A DNA stretch of 64,000 nucleotides, from positions 51,478 to 115,477 of the forward strand of contig CAJXRZ010000001.1 in assembly GCA_913060515.1 (NCBI GenBank). The letters run 5' to 3'. The first letter of the stretch is position 1; the number at the start of each line of letters is the position of its first letter. A program made the translations under genes and the position numbers. Source of the DNA: an uncultured Pseudomonadota bacterium (GTDB lineage Bacteria; Myxococcota_A; UBA796; CAJQPC01). Below, piece by piece: positions 25,382-35,422 of this stretch. The notes under the pieces were generated by a model that saw only the letters and a list, made by a program, of their open reading frames with translations, was not told where the DNA came from and ran no database searches.

Positions 25382-27706
25382 ATGCTTGCTCTGACTTTGG
25401 CCCTGGTGATGGGTTGTGGCGATTCGGATGGCGACGGATTCAGAGGCGCTGAGGACTGCGATGAGTCCCAGGCTGGCGTGCATGTTGGCGCTGAGGAGAT
25501 CTGCGATGGCCTGGACAACGACTGCGATGGCTTTGTGGACAACGCGGCCGTCGATGGCGTGACCTACTTCTTGGACGGGGACCGAGACGGCTTCGGCAGC
25601 GACGATCTGAGTCAGGTGGCGTGCTCTGCCCCCTTGGGATTCGTCTCCGAGGGCGGGGACTGTGATGATCTGGAGCCCCTGGCCCATCCAGGCGCAGACG
25701 AGGTCTGTGACGGCGTGGACAACGACTGCGATGGTCTCCTGGACGGCGACGACGACTCGGTGGACTCCAGCACGGCCAGCGCCCACTGGATCGACTCGGA
25801 TCTGGACGGCTACGGGGATCCCGCCCAAGAGACCCTGAGCTGTGGTCCCTACGAAGGGGTCTCTGACAACCCCGATGACTGCAACGACTCAGACCCGGCG
25901 ATAAACCCAGAGACCTTCTGGTACGCGGACTTTGACGGGGATGGCTACGGGCAGACGGCCTACACAACCCAGTCCTGTGAGCAGCCCGATGGCTACGGCC
26001 CGGGGGCCGATGACTGCGATGACGACAACGATCAGGTCAACCCTGGAAGGGACGAGCTCTGCGACCTGGTGGACAACGACTGCGATGGTCAGATCGACGA
26101 GCCTGACGCGGTCGATGCGGTGGACTGGGTGCTGGACGTCGATGGGGACGGCTACGGCGTGACCGGAAGCGAAGTGCGTGGGTGTGTGGCGCCCGAGGGC
26201 TACGCGGCCCTGCCCGATGACTGCGATGACTCCGAGCCGACCATGAACCCGGGGGCCAGCGAGACCTGCGATCTGCTGGACAACGACTGCGATGGTGTTG
26301 TGGACTACGCCTACGCAGTGCCGGGCGACTTTGACACGCTCCAGGCCGCCCTGGACGGCTTGCCGGAAGGGGAAGGGGCCTGCGTGAGCGCAGGCACCTA
26401 CTACGAGAACTTGGACTGGACCCGAGATGTGACCCTGCGGGGCTGGCTGGACGAGGAGGTCGTGCTCGATGGTGGCTACACCACCTCGGTCGTGACGGTC
26501 ACAGGGACCTCGGATGCGGTGTTGGGTGAGATGCGTGTTCAGGGGGGCCAAGCGGCCTGGGGCGCGGGGATCTACGTCGACGGCGGGAGCTTCTTGCTCG
26601 AAGGCAGCACCTTGACAGGCCTGGACTGCATCTCAGGGCTGAGCTGCGATGGCTTGGCCGTCTACGTCCAGAACGGCGGCTCGGCGGCGTTCTCTGGGGT
26701 TGAGGTCAGCGGCGTGGAGCTGAGCCATGACCGCAGCGTCTACGGCCTGTTCCAGTGCGATGACACCGGCAGCTTGCAGATCCACGACACCCAAGTGCTG
26801 GACAACCTCATCGAGACCGTTGAGGACTACGACATCCACTGGCAGGGCTACCAGACCAACGCCTGCGAGACGGAGATGGATGGTTTTCTGCTCTCGGGGA
26901 ACATCATGCATGCCAGCGGGGCCCTGTACGGCTGGTCCTCTCGAGGCAGCGGCGCGGTGGTGAATGCCGACCACTGGGAGGTCTCCGACAACCTCTTGCA
27001 GGCCGACAACGCCATTCACGCGCAGTTCCTCTACAGCCGGAGCTACACGAACTTCACGGGCACCCACCTGGCGATGCTGGGCAACGAGATCATCGCCGAT
27101 GGCTCCACCTACGGATGGGTGCTGCGAGGCTCGGGCGCATCCTCCACCATCGGGCCGACCGTGATGTTGGTGAACAACCTCATCGTGGCTGGAAACGAGG
27201 TGTCCAACACCAACACCTCCGCCAATCTATACGGTGGGTTGTACCTGTATGGATCCAGTATGATCCTGAATAATGCCGACTTTGTCGACAACAACTTGAG
27301 CTCCTACAGCACCGCCTACACCCCGTGGTTCTACTTGAGCACCAGCACCAACTTGACGGTGCGAAACGTCAACGCGGTGGACAACCACTTTGTGGCGACC
27401 ACGGCCGGACGCGCCGACTTTTTCTACAGCTCCTCCTCCTCGGCGACGGCCGACTTGGACTACCTGAACCTGTCCGACAACACGGGCGGGAGCGACGTTC
27501 TCTACCTCTCGGGTACCTGGACGCCGGCCATCACCACCTACGAGGTGGACCCCAGCTACACCGACTTGAGCGGAGATGTCTGGGACTGGGATTTGCAGCT
27601 CAGCGGTGGCTCCTTGCTCGATGCCGGTGACCCCAACATCCTGGATGCGGACGGCAGCCGCTCGGACATGGGGGCCTATGGAGGGCCGGAGGGCACCACT
27701 TGGTAG
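25382..27706 (+). CDS. Lipoprotein with tandem MopE-type CDGxDNDCDG metal-binding repeats followed by a beta-helix region
   Basis: ATG 25382 with GGAGG SD; MLALTLALVMGCGDSDGD; at least 7 repeats of DCDD..P...PGA.E.CDG.DNDCDG. Confidence 0.75.
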   Translation: MLALTLALVMGCGDSDGDGFRGAEDCDESQAGVHVGAEEICDGLDNDCDGFVDNAAVDGVTYFLDGDRDGFGSDDLSQVACSAPLGFVSEGGDCDDLEPLAHPGADEVCDGVDNDCDGLLDGDDDSVDSSTASAHWIDSDLDGYGDPAQETLSCGPYEGVSDNPDDCNDSDPAINPETFWYADFDGDGYGQTAYTTQSCEQPDGYGPGADDCDDDNDQVNPGRDELCDLVDNDCDGQIDEPDAVDAVDWVLDVDGDGYGVTGSEVRGCVAPEGYAALPDDCDDSEPTMNPGASETCDLLDNDCDGVVDYAYAVPGDFDTLQAALDGLPEGEGACVSAGTYYENLDWTRDVTLRGWLDEEVVLDGGYTTSVVTVTGTSDAVLGEMRVQGGQAAWGAGIYVDGGSFLLEGSTLTGLDCISGLSCDGLAVYVQNGGSAAFSGVEVSGVELSHDRSVYGLFQCDDTGSLQIHDTQVLDNLIETVEDYDIHWQGYQTNACETEMDGFLLSGNIMHASGALYGWSSRGSGAVVNADHWEVSDNLLQADNAIHAQFLYSRSYTNFTGTHLAMLGNEIIADGSTYGWVLRGSGASSTIGPTVMLVNNLIVAGNEVSNTNTSANLYGGLYLYGSSMILNNADFVDNNLSSYSTAYTPWFYLSTSTNLTVRNVNAVDNHFVATTAGRADFFYSSSSSATADLDYLNLSDNTGGSDVLYLSGTWTPAITTYEVDPSYTDLSGDVWDWDLQLSGGSLLDAGDPNILDADGSRSDMGAYGGPEGTTW

Positions 27707-27775
27707 TCGTGATCTGACGCAGGCCACACAGAACCCCATGGACCTCATGGCAAGATTTGCCCAATCGAGGTCACG

Positions 27776-29365
27776 ATGTTCTTGTTCTGGTTGGCGTGTA
27801 CACCCACTGGCTCTGTCTCCTTGGACGCTGTCGTCAGCGACTCTGTCGTGGACTCGGACTCCGGCGACCCTCAGGACACGGACACAGGCTCTGTGGACAC
27901 CGGGGACCCCCTGCCGGCGCTGGCCCAGGCCATCACCGAAGAGGGGCTGCTGGGGCACCTGGAGGCGCTCCAGGCCATCGCGGACGCCAACCGTGGAAAC
28001 CGCTCGGCTTACTCCCCGGGCTACTCGGAATCCGCCGACTATGTCGCCGGTCAACTCGAAGACGCTGGCTACGTCGTGGAGCGGGTCCCCTTCACCTCCA
28101 CCAGCTCCGAGATCACCGCGGTCTCCCTGAGCTACGGCAGTGAGACGCCGGCCTATGGCGACGACTACCTGGTGTTCTCTGAGAGCGGCTCCGGCTCCGT
28201 CAGTGGCAAGGTGGAGGCGGTGGACATCGTCATTCCGCCAGGCGCTGAGAACAGCAGCACCAGCGGCTGCGAGGCCAGCGACTTTGCTGACTTTGGTGCG
28301 GGTAGCATCGCGCTCATTCAGCGGGGGAGCTGCACCTTCGGAGAGAAGGTGGCAAATGCCCAGAACGCGGGCGCCTCTGCGGTCTTCCTCTTCAACGAAG
28401 GCCAGGCGGGCCGGAGAGCGCCTTTCGCGGGCAGCTTGGGCTTTACAGCCTCGATCCCGGTCTTGGGGCTGTCCTATGAACAAGGCGAAGCCCTTAGCCA
28501 AGTGACCCGGGCCAAGGTCGATGTTGAGCTGGACGTCAGCGAGTTCACCGATGTGAACCTGATCGCGCGTACCGCCGGCGGGGACCCCAACCTGCGCTTG
28601 ATCGTCGGCGCCCACATGGACTCGGTCTCCGCCGGTCCTGGCATCAACGACAACGGCTCTGGAACCGCCGCCATCCTGGAGATGGCCATACAGCTGGCGG
28701 CTCTGGACTTGAGCTTGGAGCACCAGGTGCAGTTCAGCTTCTGGGGGGCTGAGGAGCTGGGCCTGGTCGGCTCCTTCGCTTGGCTTGAAGAGGCGGCCGC
28801 CTCCGGTGAGCTGGGCGGGGTGGACGCTGCGATGAACTACGACATGCTGGCCAGTCCCAATGGGGTGGCCTTCCTCTACGACGGTGACGGCTCGGCGGCG
28901 CCCTCACAGTGGGACCATCCTCAAGGGGTGCCCTCGGGCTCCGATGTCCTGGAAGGGGTGCTGCTCGAGGCCCTTGGGGAGAGCGAGCACCGACCTGTGG
29001 CTCTGGGTGTGCCCTCCGACAGCTATGGCTTCGTCGCCTACGGCATCCCTACCGGTGGGCTCTTCTCGGGCGCCAACAACACCAAGAGCGGGGATGAGGC
29101 GCAGGACTTTGGCGGCCAGAGCGGGCAGCCCTACGACGCCTGCTACCACCAGGCCTGTGACAGCCTGAGCAACGTGGACACCGAGCTCTACCTGCTGCTG
29201 GCCAGGGCCGCCGCCGCCGGGGTGCAGGACATTGCCCTGAGTGACCAGCGCCTTCGCTCCCCTGGGGCCATCGCGCCGCTGCCGCTGGGTGTGCCGCCTG
29301 CCCGCATGGACCATGTGGGTCACGGCCAGCACGAGCACTGCAGCTTGCCGCAGCCCTTCAAATAG
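27776..29365 (+). CDS. M28 family aminopeptidase with PA domain, lipoprotein
   Basis: MFLFWLACTP lipobox; GAHMDSVSAGPGINDNGSGTAAILEMA zinc-binding motif. Confidence 0.85.
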   Translation: MFLFWLACTPTGSVSLDAVVSDSVVDSDSGDPQDTDTGSVDTGDPLPALAQAITEEGLLGHLEALQAIADANRGNRSAYSPGYSESADYVAGQLEDAGYVVERVPFTSTSSEITAVSLSYGSETPAYGDDYLVFSESGSGSVSGKVEAVDIVIPPGAENSSTSGCEASDFADFGAGSIALIQRGSCTFGEKVANAQNAGASAVFLFNEGQAGRRAPFAGSLGFTASIPVLGLSYEQGEALSQVTRAKVDVELDVSEFTDVNLIARTAGGDPNLRLIVGAHMDSVSAGPGINDNGSGTAAILEMAIQLAALDLSLEHQVQFSFWGAEELGLVGSFAWLEEAAASGELGGVDAAMNYDMLASPNGVAFLYDGDGSAAPSQWDHPQGVPSGSDVLEGVLLEALGESEHRPVALGVPSDSYGFVAYGIPTGGLFSGANNTKSGDEAQDFGGQSGQPYDACYHQACDSLSNVDTELYLLLARAAAAGVQDIALSDQRLRSPGAIAPLPLGVPPARMDHVGHGQHEHCSLPQPFK

Positions 29366-29368
29366 AGC

Positions 29369-31342
29369 CTAGATCGGAGCGACCTGGTCCAGGACCTGGC
29401 GAAGCTTGGCCAAGCGCACAGGCTTGGTCACGTAGTCATCCATGCCCGCCTCGATGGCGGCCGTGCGTGCCGCTGAGGTGGCGTGTCCGCTCAGACCGAT
29501 GATGGCGCTCTCAAAGCCTCTCTCCCGCAAGCGCTTGGTGGCCTCCAGTCCGGTCATCACGGGCATGTCGATGTCCATCAACACCAAGTGAACCTTGAGC
29601 TCGGGCAGCAGCGCCAAGGCCTCTTCCGCACCGCTGGCCAAGCACACGGTGGCCCCGAGGCTCTCCAGCATGTCTCGGATCACCTTGCGGTTCCCGCTGT
29701 GGTCGTCCACCACCAGCACCCGCACGAGGACCGGCGTTTGTGACTCGGGAATGGAGGGCTCGTCATCCTGGGTCAGGGACCGCCAGAGGGAGCGCGGCCG
29801 AACGGGAGAGGACAGGGTGCTCTCACAGAGTGGCTGCGACTCGTCGTCCAGGCTCTGCAGCGCCACGCAGTGAATCATTGGGGGAATCAGGGATGCATCG
29901 ATCAACTCCGGCTCCACAAAGAGCGCGGCGGCGTGCCGAAGGTCCACCTCCTCCAAGGAGGACACAACTTGGGTGCTCGCTCCCCAGGAGCGGAGCTGCT
30001 GGGCGACGCGGGCCGCACTGGCGCTCTGCCCGGCGACCACGACTGGACTGGGAACCGGAAAGCAGGTCGGGGGCTCTAGGGCAGTGTGGGGCATGTGGGC
30101 TCGGAAAATGCTGCCCTGGCCCACCGAACTCTCAAGCTCCAGGTAGCCGCCCATCGCCCGCAGGATGCGCAGGCTGATGGTGAGCCCCAGGCCCACCCCG
30201 CCGTAGTCGGCGTGCCGACTGCCCTCGAGCTGGGTGAAGCTCTCCATGATGCGCTCGTGGTCTTTGGCGTCGATGCCGGGACCGGTGTCGTGCACCTCGA
30301 TGCACAGACCCTCCGCCGTCCACTCCGCGCGCAGGTGGACCTCGCCCTTCTGGGTGAACTTGATGGCGTTGCCCATCAGGTTCACCGCCACCTGTCGGGT
30401 GCGGTCTGGGTCGCCTTGAAGGTGCGTGGGCAGCTCTGGGCTGGCCCACATGCTGAGCTCCAGTCCTTTGTCCGCGGCGCTCTGGGCGAAGAGCAGCAAG
30501 GTCTCTTCAAGGAGGGCCATGGGGGCGTAGGGTCGGGGATGCAGCTCCACAGCGCTGGACTCGATCTTTGAGAGGTCCAACACAGCGTCGATCAGATTCA
30601 GCAGCGTCTCTCCGCCAGCTCGAATCACACCGACCCGCTCCGCCTGCGCTTGGGAGAGTGCCTGGGCGTCCAGGAGCTCGGCGCTGCCCAGGATGGCGGT
30701 CAGTGGGGTTCGGATCTCGTGGCTCACAGTCGCCAGAAACTCCGCCTTGGTGTGGTTGGCGGCCTTCTCCACGTCGCGCACGGCGCGCACCTGCTCCAGG
30801 GCGCTCTCCAAGCGCACCCCGATGGCCTCGGCGGCTAGGATGCGCCTGCGCAGGATGAGCAGGAGGCCGACCAGGGCCATGGCCATCGCGACACTGGAGA
30901 TGCTGATCGCCTGGAGCGCGTTGCCCCGGCGATTGAGGGTGCCCGTCAGGCTGGCGGCCCGTTGGTCCAGGGCGTGGTCCAGCTCGGCGCTTGCACGCTC
31001 CATCGCAGCCTGGCTGGCCGAGGTGCTCCCAGAGGCCTCGGCCGCGTTGCGTAGGCTGCGGGCTGCAGCGCGCACTTCGCTGGAGTCAGAGCCCGCCTCG
31101 ATGGTGGTGCTGAGCAACACAAGTCGGTCGCGGGTCTCTTGGTCCTGGGCGCGCTGAAGGGAGGCGAGCTCAAGGTGCAGGGCGTGGCCCCACGCCATGT
31201 GCTCACGGAGTCGGTCGTTTTGTTTGGCTGAGCCGAAGACAGCCAGAACCACAAAAGCTGCGAAGAGCACCAGCAGCAGTGCGCTGCCCAGAACAACGCT
31301 GTTCCAGATTCGGCGCTGGCTGATGCTGGCCCGGGTGCTCAC
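29369..31342 (-). CDS. Membrane hybrid sensor histidine kinase/response regulator
   Basis: TM sensor region, SHEIRTPL H-box, HATPase domain, C-terminal receiver. Confidence 0.85.
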   Translation of the reverse strand: MSTRASISQRRIWNSVVLGSALLLVLFAAFVVLAVFGSAKQNDRLREHMAWGHALHLELASLQRAQDQETRDRLVLLSTTIEAGSDSSEVRAAARSLRNAAEASGSTSASQAAMERASAELDHALDQRAASLTGTLNRRGNALQAISISSVAMAMALVGLLLILRRRILAAEAIGVRLESALEQVRAVRDVEKAANHTKAEFLATVSHEIRTPLTAILGSAELLDAQALSQAQAERVGVIRAGGETLLNLIDAVLDLSKIESSAVELHPRPYAPMALLEETLLLFAQSAADKGLELSMWASPELPTHLQGDPDRTRQVAVNLMGNAIKFTQKGEVHLRAEWTAEGLCIEVHDTGPGIDAKDHERIMESFTQLEGSRHADYGGVGLGLTISLRILRAMGGYLELESSVGQGSIFRAHMPHTALEPPTCFPVPSPVVVAGQSASAARVAQQLRSWGASTQVVSSLEEVDLRHAAALFVEPELIDASLIPPMIHCVALQSLDDESQPLCESTLSSPVRPRSLWRSLTQDDEPSIPESQTPVLVRVLVVDDHSGNRKVIRDMLESLGATVCLASGAEEALALLPELKVHLVLMDIDMPVMTGLEATKRLRERGFESAIIGLSGHATSAARTAAIEAGMDDYVTKPVRLAKLRQVLDQVAPI

Positions 31343-31345
31343 AGC

Positions 31346-32656
31346 TCAGGGCTCGGGCAGTGGTGGGGGCAGGGGTGGGGGCGCAGCGCTCTGCAGCTCT
31401 GGCACCGTCTTGGCCTGGACCCAGCCGGCCATGCCTTCCTTCCACACCATGTGGCGTGCGCTGGGGTCAGCGGCGAGCATCGCTTGGATCTCCGCGGCGC
31501 TGTGCTGGCCTCTCACACCATTTGGACCGGCGTAGTGGAAGGTGCTGGCGCTGGGGGCCGGTGGCGCAGGAGGAGGCAGCAGGGAGGCGATTTGGGGCAC
31601 TTGGTCCCAGCTCTTCCAAGCGGGCCATCCTGCGGCCCAGACTTGGTGGCTCGCGCTGCGGTCTTGGGTGACCCGCTCCGCGATCTGCTGCGGGCTGAGT
31701 TGGGCCTGACCGCTGGGTCCGTTGTAGTGCAACAGATTGGAGGGCGGAGGCGGCGGTGGCGCGTGCTGCTGGGGCGCTGCGCCCATCTGAGCGCCCATCA
31801 TTTGGCCCATGCCCATGCCCACTCCGGCGCCCATCATGCTGCCGGCCATGCCCGGGTTCTGGGCCGCATCGCGCATGGCGTTGGCGGCCTGGAAGCGCGC
31901 GAAGCGCTCGGGGTCCCCCAACATGTCCATCTCGCGGCGCTTGTTCAGGATGGCGCGCAGGTCATCGGGCAAGTTCAGACCGCCGATGGAGAAGTCCGTC
32001 AGGGTCAGGCCGTACTTCTCGACAAAGCCGGGGTTCATGCCTTCCAAGAAGGCGCCCTTGAGCTCGTAGAAGTGCGTGTCCAGGTGGTTGACGTTGATGC
32101 CCTTCTCGGCCGCCAAGCGCTTGAGGTTGGCCCGGAAGGCGTCGATGAGCTGCGCCTTGAGTTGGCCGTTGATCTCCGCGTTGGTGAACAGGCCCTTGGT
32201 TCCAACGACCTCGGTCAAGAAACGCGCTGGATCGGTGACCCGGTACTCAAAGGTGCCAAAGGCCCGGATCTCGATGCCGCCGTACTGGGGATCCTCAAAC
32301 AAGAAAGGCGCCGGCGTGCCCCACTTCTGTGCCGTCTGGCGCGTGGTGGAGACGAAGTACACATCGCCCTTGTAGGGGTAGTTGAGCTTGTAGGCGATGG
32401 ACTCAAAGAAGCTGGAGATCGCCTTGGTGCGGGTGCTCAGCTCAAAGGTGCCGGGCCCGAAGCTCTCCGAGAGCTGGCCCTCGTTGACGAACACAGCGGC
32501 TTGGCCTGGCCGGACCACTAGCTTGCCACCGTCTTGGATCGCCTGATTGAAGATCGGGAAGCGGTACACCAAGGTGTCTCCGGCATCGTCCAGCCACTGG
32601 ATCACGTCTAGGAACTGGGCTCCGGCGTGGTTTTTCAGGGTCTTCCAGAGGGACAT
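31346..32656 (-). CDS. SPFH/band-7 domain protein with two C-terminal GYF-like (DUF4339) domains
   Basis: N-terminal SPFH core; Gly/Met-rich linker; repeats LHYNGPSGQ...WAAGWPAW and FHYAGPNG...WKEGMAGW. 4 nt upstream of the kinase gene. Confidence 0.8.
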   Translation of the reverse strand: MSLWKTLKNHAGAQFLDVIQWLDDAGDTLVYRFPIFNQAIQDGGKLVVRPGQAAVFVNEGQLSESFGPGTFELSTRTKAISSFFESIAYKLNYPYKGDVYFVSTTRQTAQKWGTPAPFLFEDPQYGGIEIRAFGTFEYRVTDPARFLTEVVGTKGLFTNAEINGQLKAQLIDAFRANLKRLAAEKGINVNHLDTHFYELKGAFLEGMNPGFVEKYGLTLTDFSIGGLNLPDDLRAILNKRREMDMLGDPERFARFQAANAMRDAAQNPGMAGSMMGAGVGMGMGQMMGAQMGAAPQQHAPPPPPPSNLLHYNGPSGQAQLSPQQIAERVTQDRSASHQVWAAGWPAWKSWDQVPQIASLLPPPAPPAPSASTFHYAGPNGVRGQHSAAEIQAMLAADPSARHMVWKEGMAGWVQAKTVPELQSAAPPPLPPPLPEP

Positions 32657-32703
32657 GGCAGCTCCAAGGCGTTGTTCAAGAGCCTATCTCACCATCCCCC
32701 CTT

Positions 32704-33546
32704 GTGGCTTGCACCGACAGATCCGTACACGGAGACGTGGAAGCACTTGCAATCAACATCGCGGACTTGGAACTCGGCCCCGTGGTGTCAGCCTGGGGTG
32801 CACAGAGTGTTCAAGAGATTCTCCCCTCTCTCTCCGGTGTGGGCTGTCACATCGCCATTCGTGGCAGCAGCTCAGAGACGGTGCGCTTGTTTCGAAGCGC
32901 GCAGCTCCTCCGGGCCGACCCCAACACCATGTTGGATCTGTTGCCAGGAGGTCAGGACGTTCCCGTAGTCGAAGCCGAGACGCCCTTCTCGAGGCTTCCT
33001 TCCAAGCGACCTCTGGCGGTTGTCTCCGGCGGCGAGGTCATCGGGGTCTTGCTCAGCGAGCACGCGCCACCGGTGCGCGGGCCGAGCCCCAAGACGGTCA
33101 TCAACGCCGCCGAGATCGCCCTACGGGAGGTCAAGAAGGCGATGGTGGAGTTCCGGCGAAAAGGCATCCCGCTGATCATCGATGTGCGAGACAGCCGAGT
33201 ACACGGCAGCGCAGATGTGCTCACCGACCTGCTGCAGACCCTGCTGGCAGACATCCTGGAGCACGTGGACCAAGCCGGAGGCGCTGGGGCAGCCCACGTG
33301 ATGCTCTCCCCTGGACGAAGCGGCACATGGCTGGTCGTCGAAGACCGCTGCGGTCGCCTCAGTGACGAGGTCCAAGTGGCGCTGGCCGATCCCGGGGCCT
33401 GGTGCGAGGACCCCCTCGTGCGCTCCTTCAGGCGGCTCAAAGAGCGCGTGGAGGGAATGGGGGGCTCTATGTCGGCCCAGCCGGGTCCCTTCGGAATGCG
33501 CACTCTGGTCGCTCTTCCTGGGCCGCCCATGCCGGGTATGGGGTGA
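32704..33546 (+). CDS. GHKL (histidine kinase-like) ATPase domain protein with a degenerate dimerisation region
   Basis: HATPase_c-like C-terminus (GGAGAAHVMLSPG...VEDRCGRL...GMGG); no clear canonical H-box. Confidence 0.5.
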   Translation: MACTDRSVHGDVEALAINIADLELGPVVSAWGAQSVQEILPSLSGVGCHIAIRGSSSETVRLFRSAQLLRADPNTMLDLLPGGQDVPVVEAETPFSRLPSKRPLAVVSGGEVIGVLLSEHAPPVRGPSPKTVINAAEIALREVKKAMVEFRRKGIPLIIDVRDSRVHGSADVLTDLLQTLLADILEHVDQAGGAGAAHVMLSPGRSGTWLVVEDRCGRLSDEVQVALADPGAWCEDPLVRSFRRLKERVEGMGGSMSAQPGPFGMRTLVALPGPPMPGMG

Positions 33547-33598
33547 AGCGGAGGCGTTGATCTGAAGCGACTTCGCTGCAAGGAAGTACACTGGGCAG

Positions 33599-35386
33599 GT
33601 GCTGATCTTCCTTCTCGCCTGCGCCCCTGAGCCTCTGTCCTTCTGTGGCAGCGAGTTGGCATATGACTACGCGCCAGATGTGCAGCTGAGCACCTTTCCG
33701 GACGACCACTACAGCGTGGTGGACCCGGACACGGCGACGGGCCGACGTGTGGCCATGACCCCACAGGACACGGCCGCGGTCGCGGCATTTCCCGAGAACT
33801 ACCAGAGCTGGCTCAGCGACCTGAGCACTCTGGACGGCTTTGGCCTAAGCGCCGGGATCTTCTTGGGCTTTGACGGAGAGCTCCCGCCCATCGAGGACTT
33901 GGACATCCAGCTCTGGGTGCTCGGGGATAGCCCCGAGAGCTGGCCCGTCGCCTTGAGCACGACCGACGGGGGGCGCACCTTGATGCTGCATCCCACGCGC
34001 GCGCTGCCCTCGGCTGCGGAGGTCTTGGTTGTGGTGCGGAATCCGCCAGAGCGCTCCGAGTGTGTGGCACCTGGGCCCGTGCTCTCCGATCTGCTCGACC
34101 CCCTCGCCCGAGAAGTGCCCGAGACGGAGCATGGCTTGCGCCTTCAGAACGCCCTTGCCCAAGTCGGTGTGCCCCTGGAGGAGGTGGGTGCTGTGACGCT
34201 CTTCACCACCCAGTCGGCCCATGATCAGTCCGTGGCCATTGCCCAGGACATTCGCTCTCGAGGCGCTGAGCTTCAGGAGATCAGCTGCCAGCCAGAAGAC
34301 TGGGGGCAGCTCTGTCAGGCCAGCTTGGAGGCCTGGGACTACCGGGTGGACGGGGTCGTTCCACCCGGGCAGATTCAGGCGCGCAGTGCGTACACCTTGC
34401 CGGTGAGTATGTGGATTCCACAGGGAGAAGGGCCTTTCCCGGTGGTCATCTGCGGCCATGGATTGGGGGGGGGACGGGAGCAGTGCGGTGCCATTCAGCC
34501 CGCGGTAGCGAACTCCGGTGTGGCCGTGGTCGCCATTGACTCGGTGGAGCACGGGGTCCATCCCGCTCGCACGGAACCGCCACTGGCCCTCCTAGAGCCC
34601 CTGATGATCTTTGCCTTGCAGCTCTCTCCTCCTGGGCTGGCGGGCTTGGTCCTGCGGGACAACTTCAGGCAGTCGGCCTGGGACAAGCTGCACCTGGTCC
34701 TGGCGTTGCAGCAACCCGTGGACTTGGACGGCGATGGGGTGAGCGAGCTGGACGGCGCGCGTTTGGGCTACGCCGGGGTCAGCTTGGGCGCGATCATGGG
34801 ACCAGAGCTGCTGGCTCTGGCTCCTGAGATTCAGGCGGGGTGGCTTGCGGTGGGGGGCGCGCGGGTCACACAGATCATCCAGGATGGTCCCGAGTTCGCA
34901 CCTCTGATCGAGCTGATGGCGCCGCCAGGCATCCAGGAAGGTGAAGTGGATCGTGCCTTCCCGCTGCTGCAGACTTTGATGGACCCTGGGGACCCGGCGA
35001 TCTGGGCTGAGCGGGTGCAGAGGGAGCGAGTCGATGATGGCGATCCGCCGGACATCTACTTGGGGGCTGTGTTGGACGATCAGATCGTGCCCAACTCCAC
35101 CAACGCGTTGATCGCCCAAGGCTTCCAGGCCCCTGGGGTGGGCCAAGAGCACTTTGCGGTCAGCGGCGTGCAGTTCAGCGCGGGCTCGGTCGCTGGCAAT
35201 GGACCGGAAGGGGCAAGCTTGGGATTCGTTCAGTACGACCAGGTGTTCCGCAACGGTCAGTGGGAAGACGCTGACCACAGCCACCTGCACGACAGCGAGC
35301 AAGGGTTGGAGGCCCTGTTGAGCTTCTTCGGCGACGCGCTTCTCCTGGGCCAGCCTGCCACCATCGTAGATCCGGACATCGATTGA
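33599..35386 (+). CDS. Alpha/beta-hydrolase fold lipoprotein (lipase/esterase-like)
   Basis: MLIFLLACAPEP lipobox; GHGLGG and GVSLGA nucleophile-elbow-like motifs. Confidence 0.75.
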   Translation: MLIFLLACAPEPLSFCGSELAYDYAPDVQLSTFPDDHYSVVDPDTATGRRVAMTPQDTAAVAAFPENYQSWLSDLSTLDGFGLSAGIFLGFDGELPPIEDLDIQLWVLGDSPESWPVALSTTDGGRTLMLHPTRALPSAAEVLVVVRNPPERSECVAPGPVLSDLLDPLAREVPETEHGLRLQNALAQVGVPLEEVGAVTLFTTQSAHDQSVAIAQDIRSRGAELQEISCQPEDWGQLCQASLEAWDYRVDGVVPPGQIQARSAYTLPVSMWIPQGEGPFPVVICGHGLGGGREQCGAIQPAVANSGVAVVAIDSVEHGVHPARTEPPLALLEPLMIFALQLSPPGLAGLVLRDNFRQSAWDKLHLVLALQQPVDLDGDGVSELDGARLGYAGVSLGAIMGPELLALAPEIQAGWLAVGGARVTQIIQDGPEFAPLIELMAPPGIQEGEVDRAFPLLQTLMDPGDPAIWAERVQRERVDDGDPPDIYLGAVLDDQIVPNSTNALIAQGFQAPGVGQEHFAVSGVQFSAGSVAGNGPEGASLGFVQYDQVFRNGQWEDADHSHLHDSEQGLEALLSFFGDALLLGQPATIVDPDID

Positions 35387-35422
35387 CTTTAGCTGCCGCC
35401 AGCCTCGCCGTAAGAGGAACTT

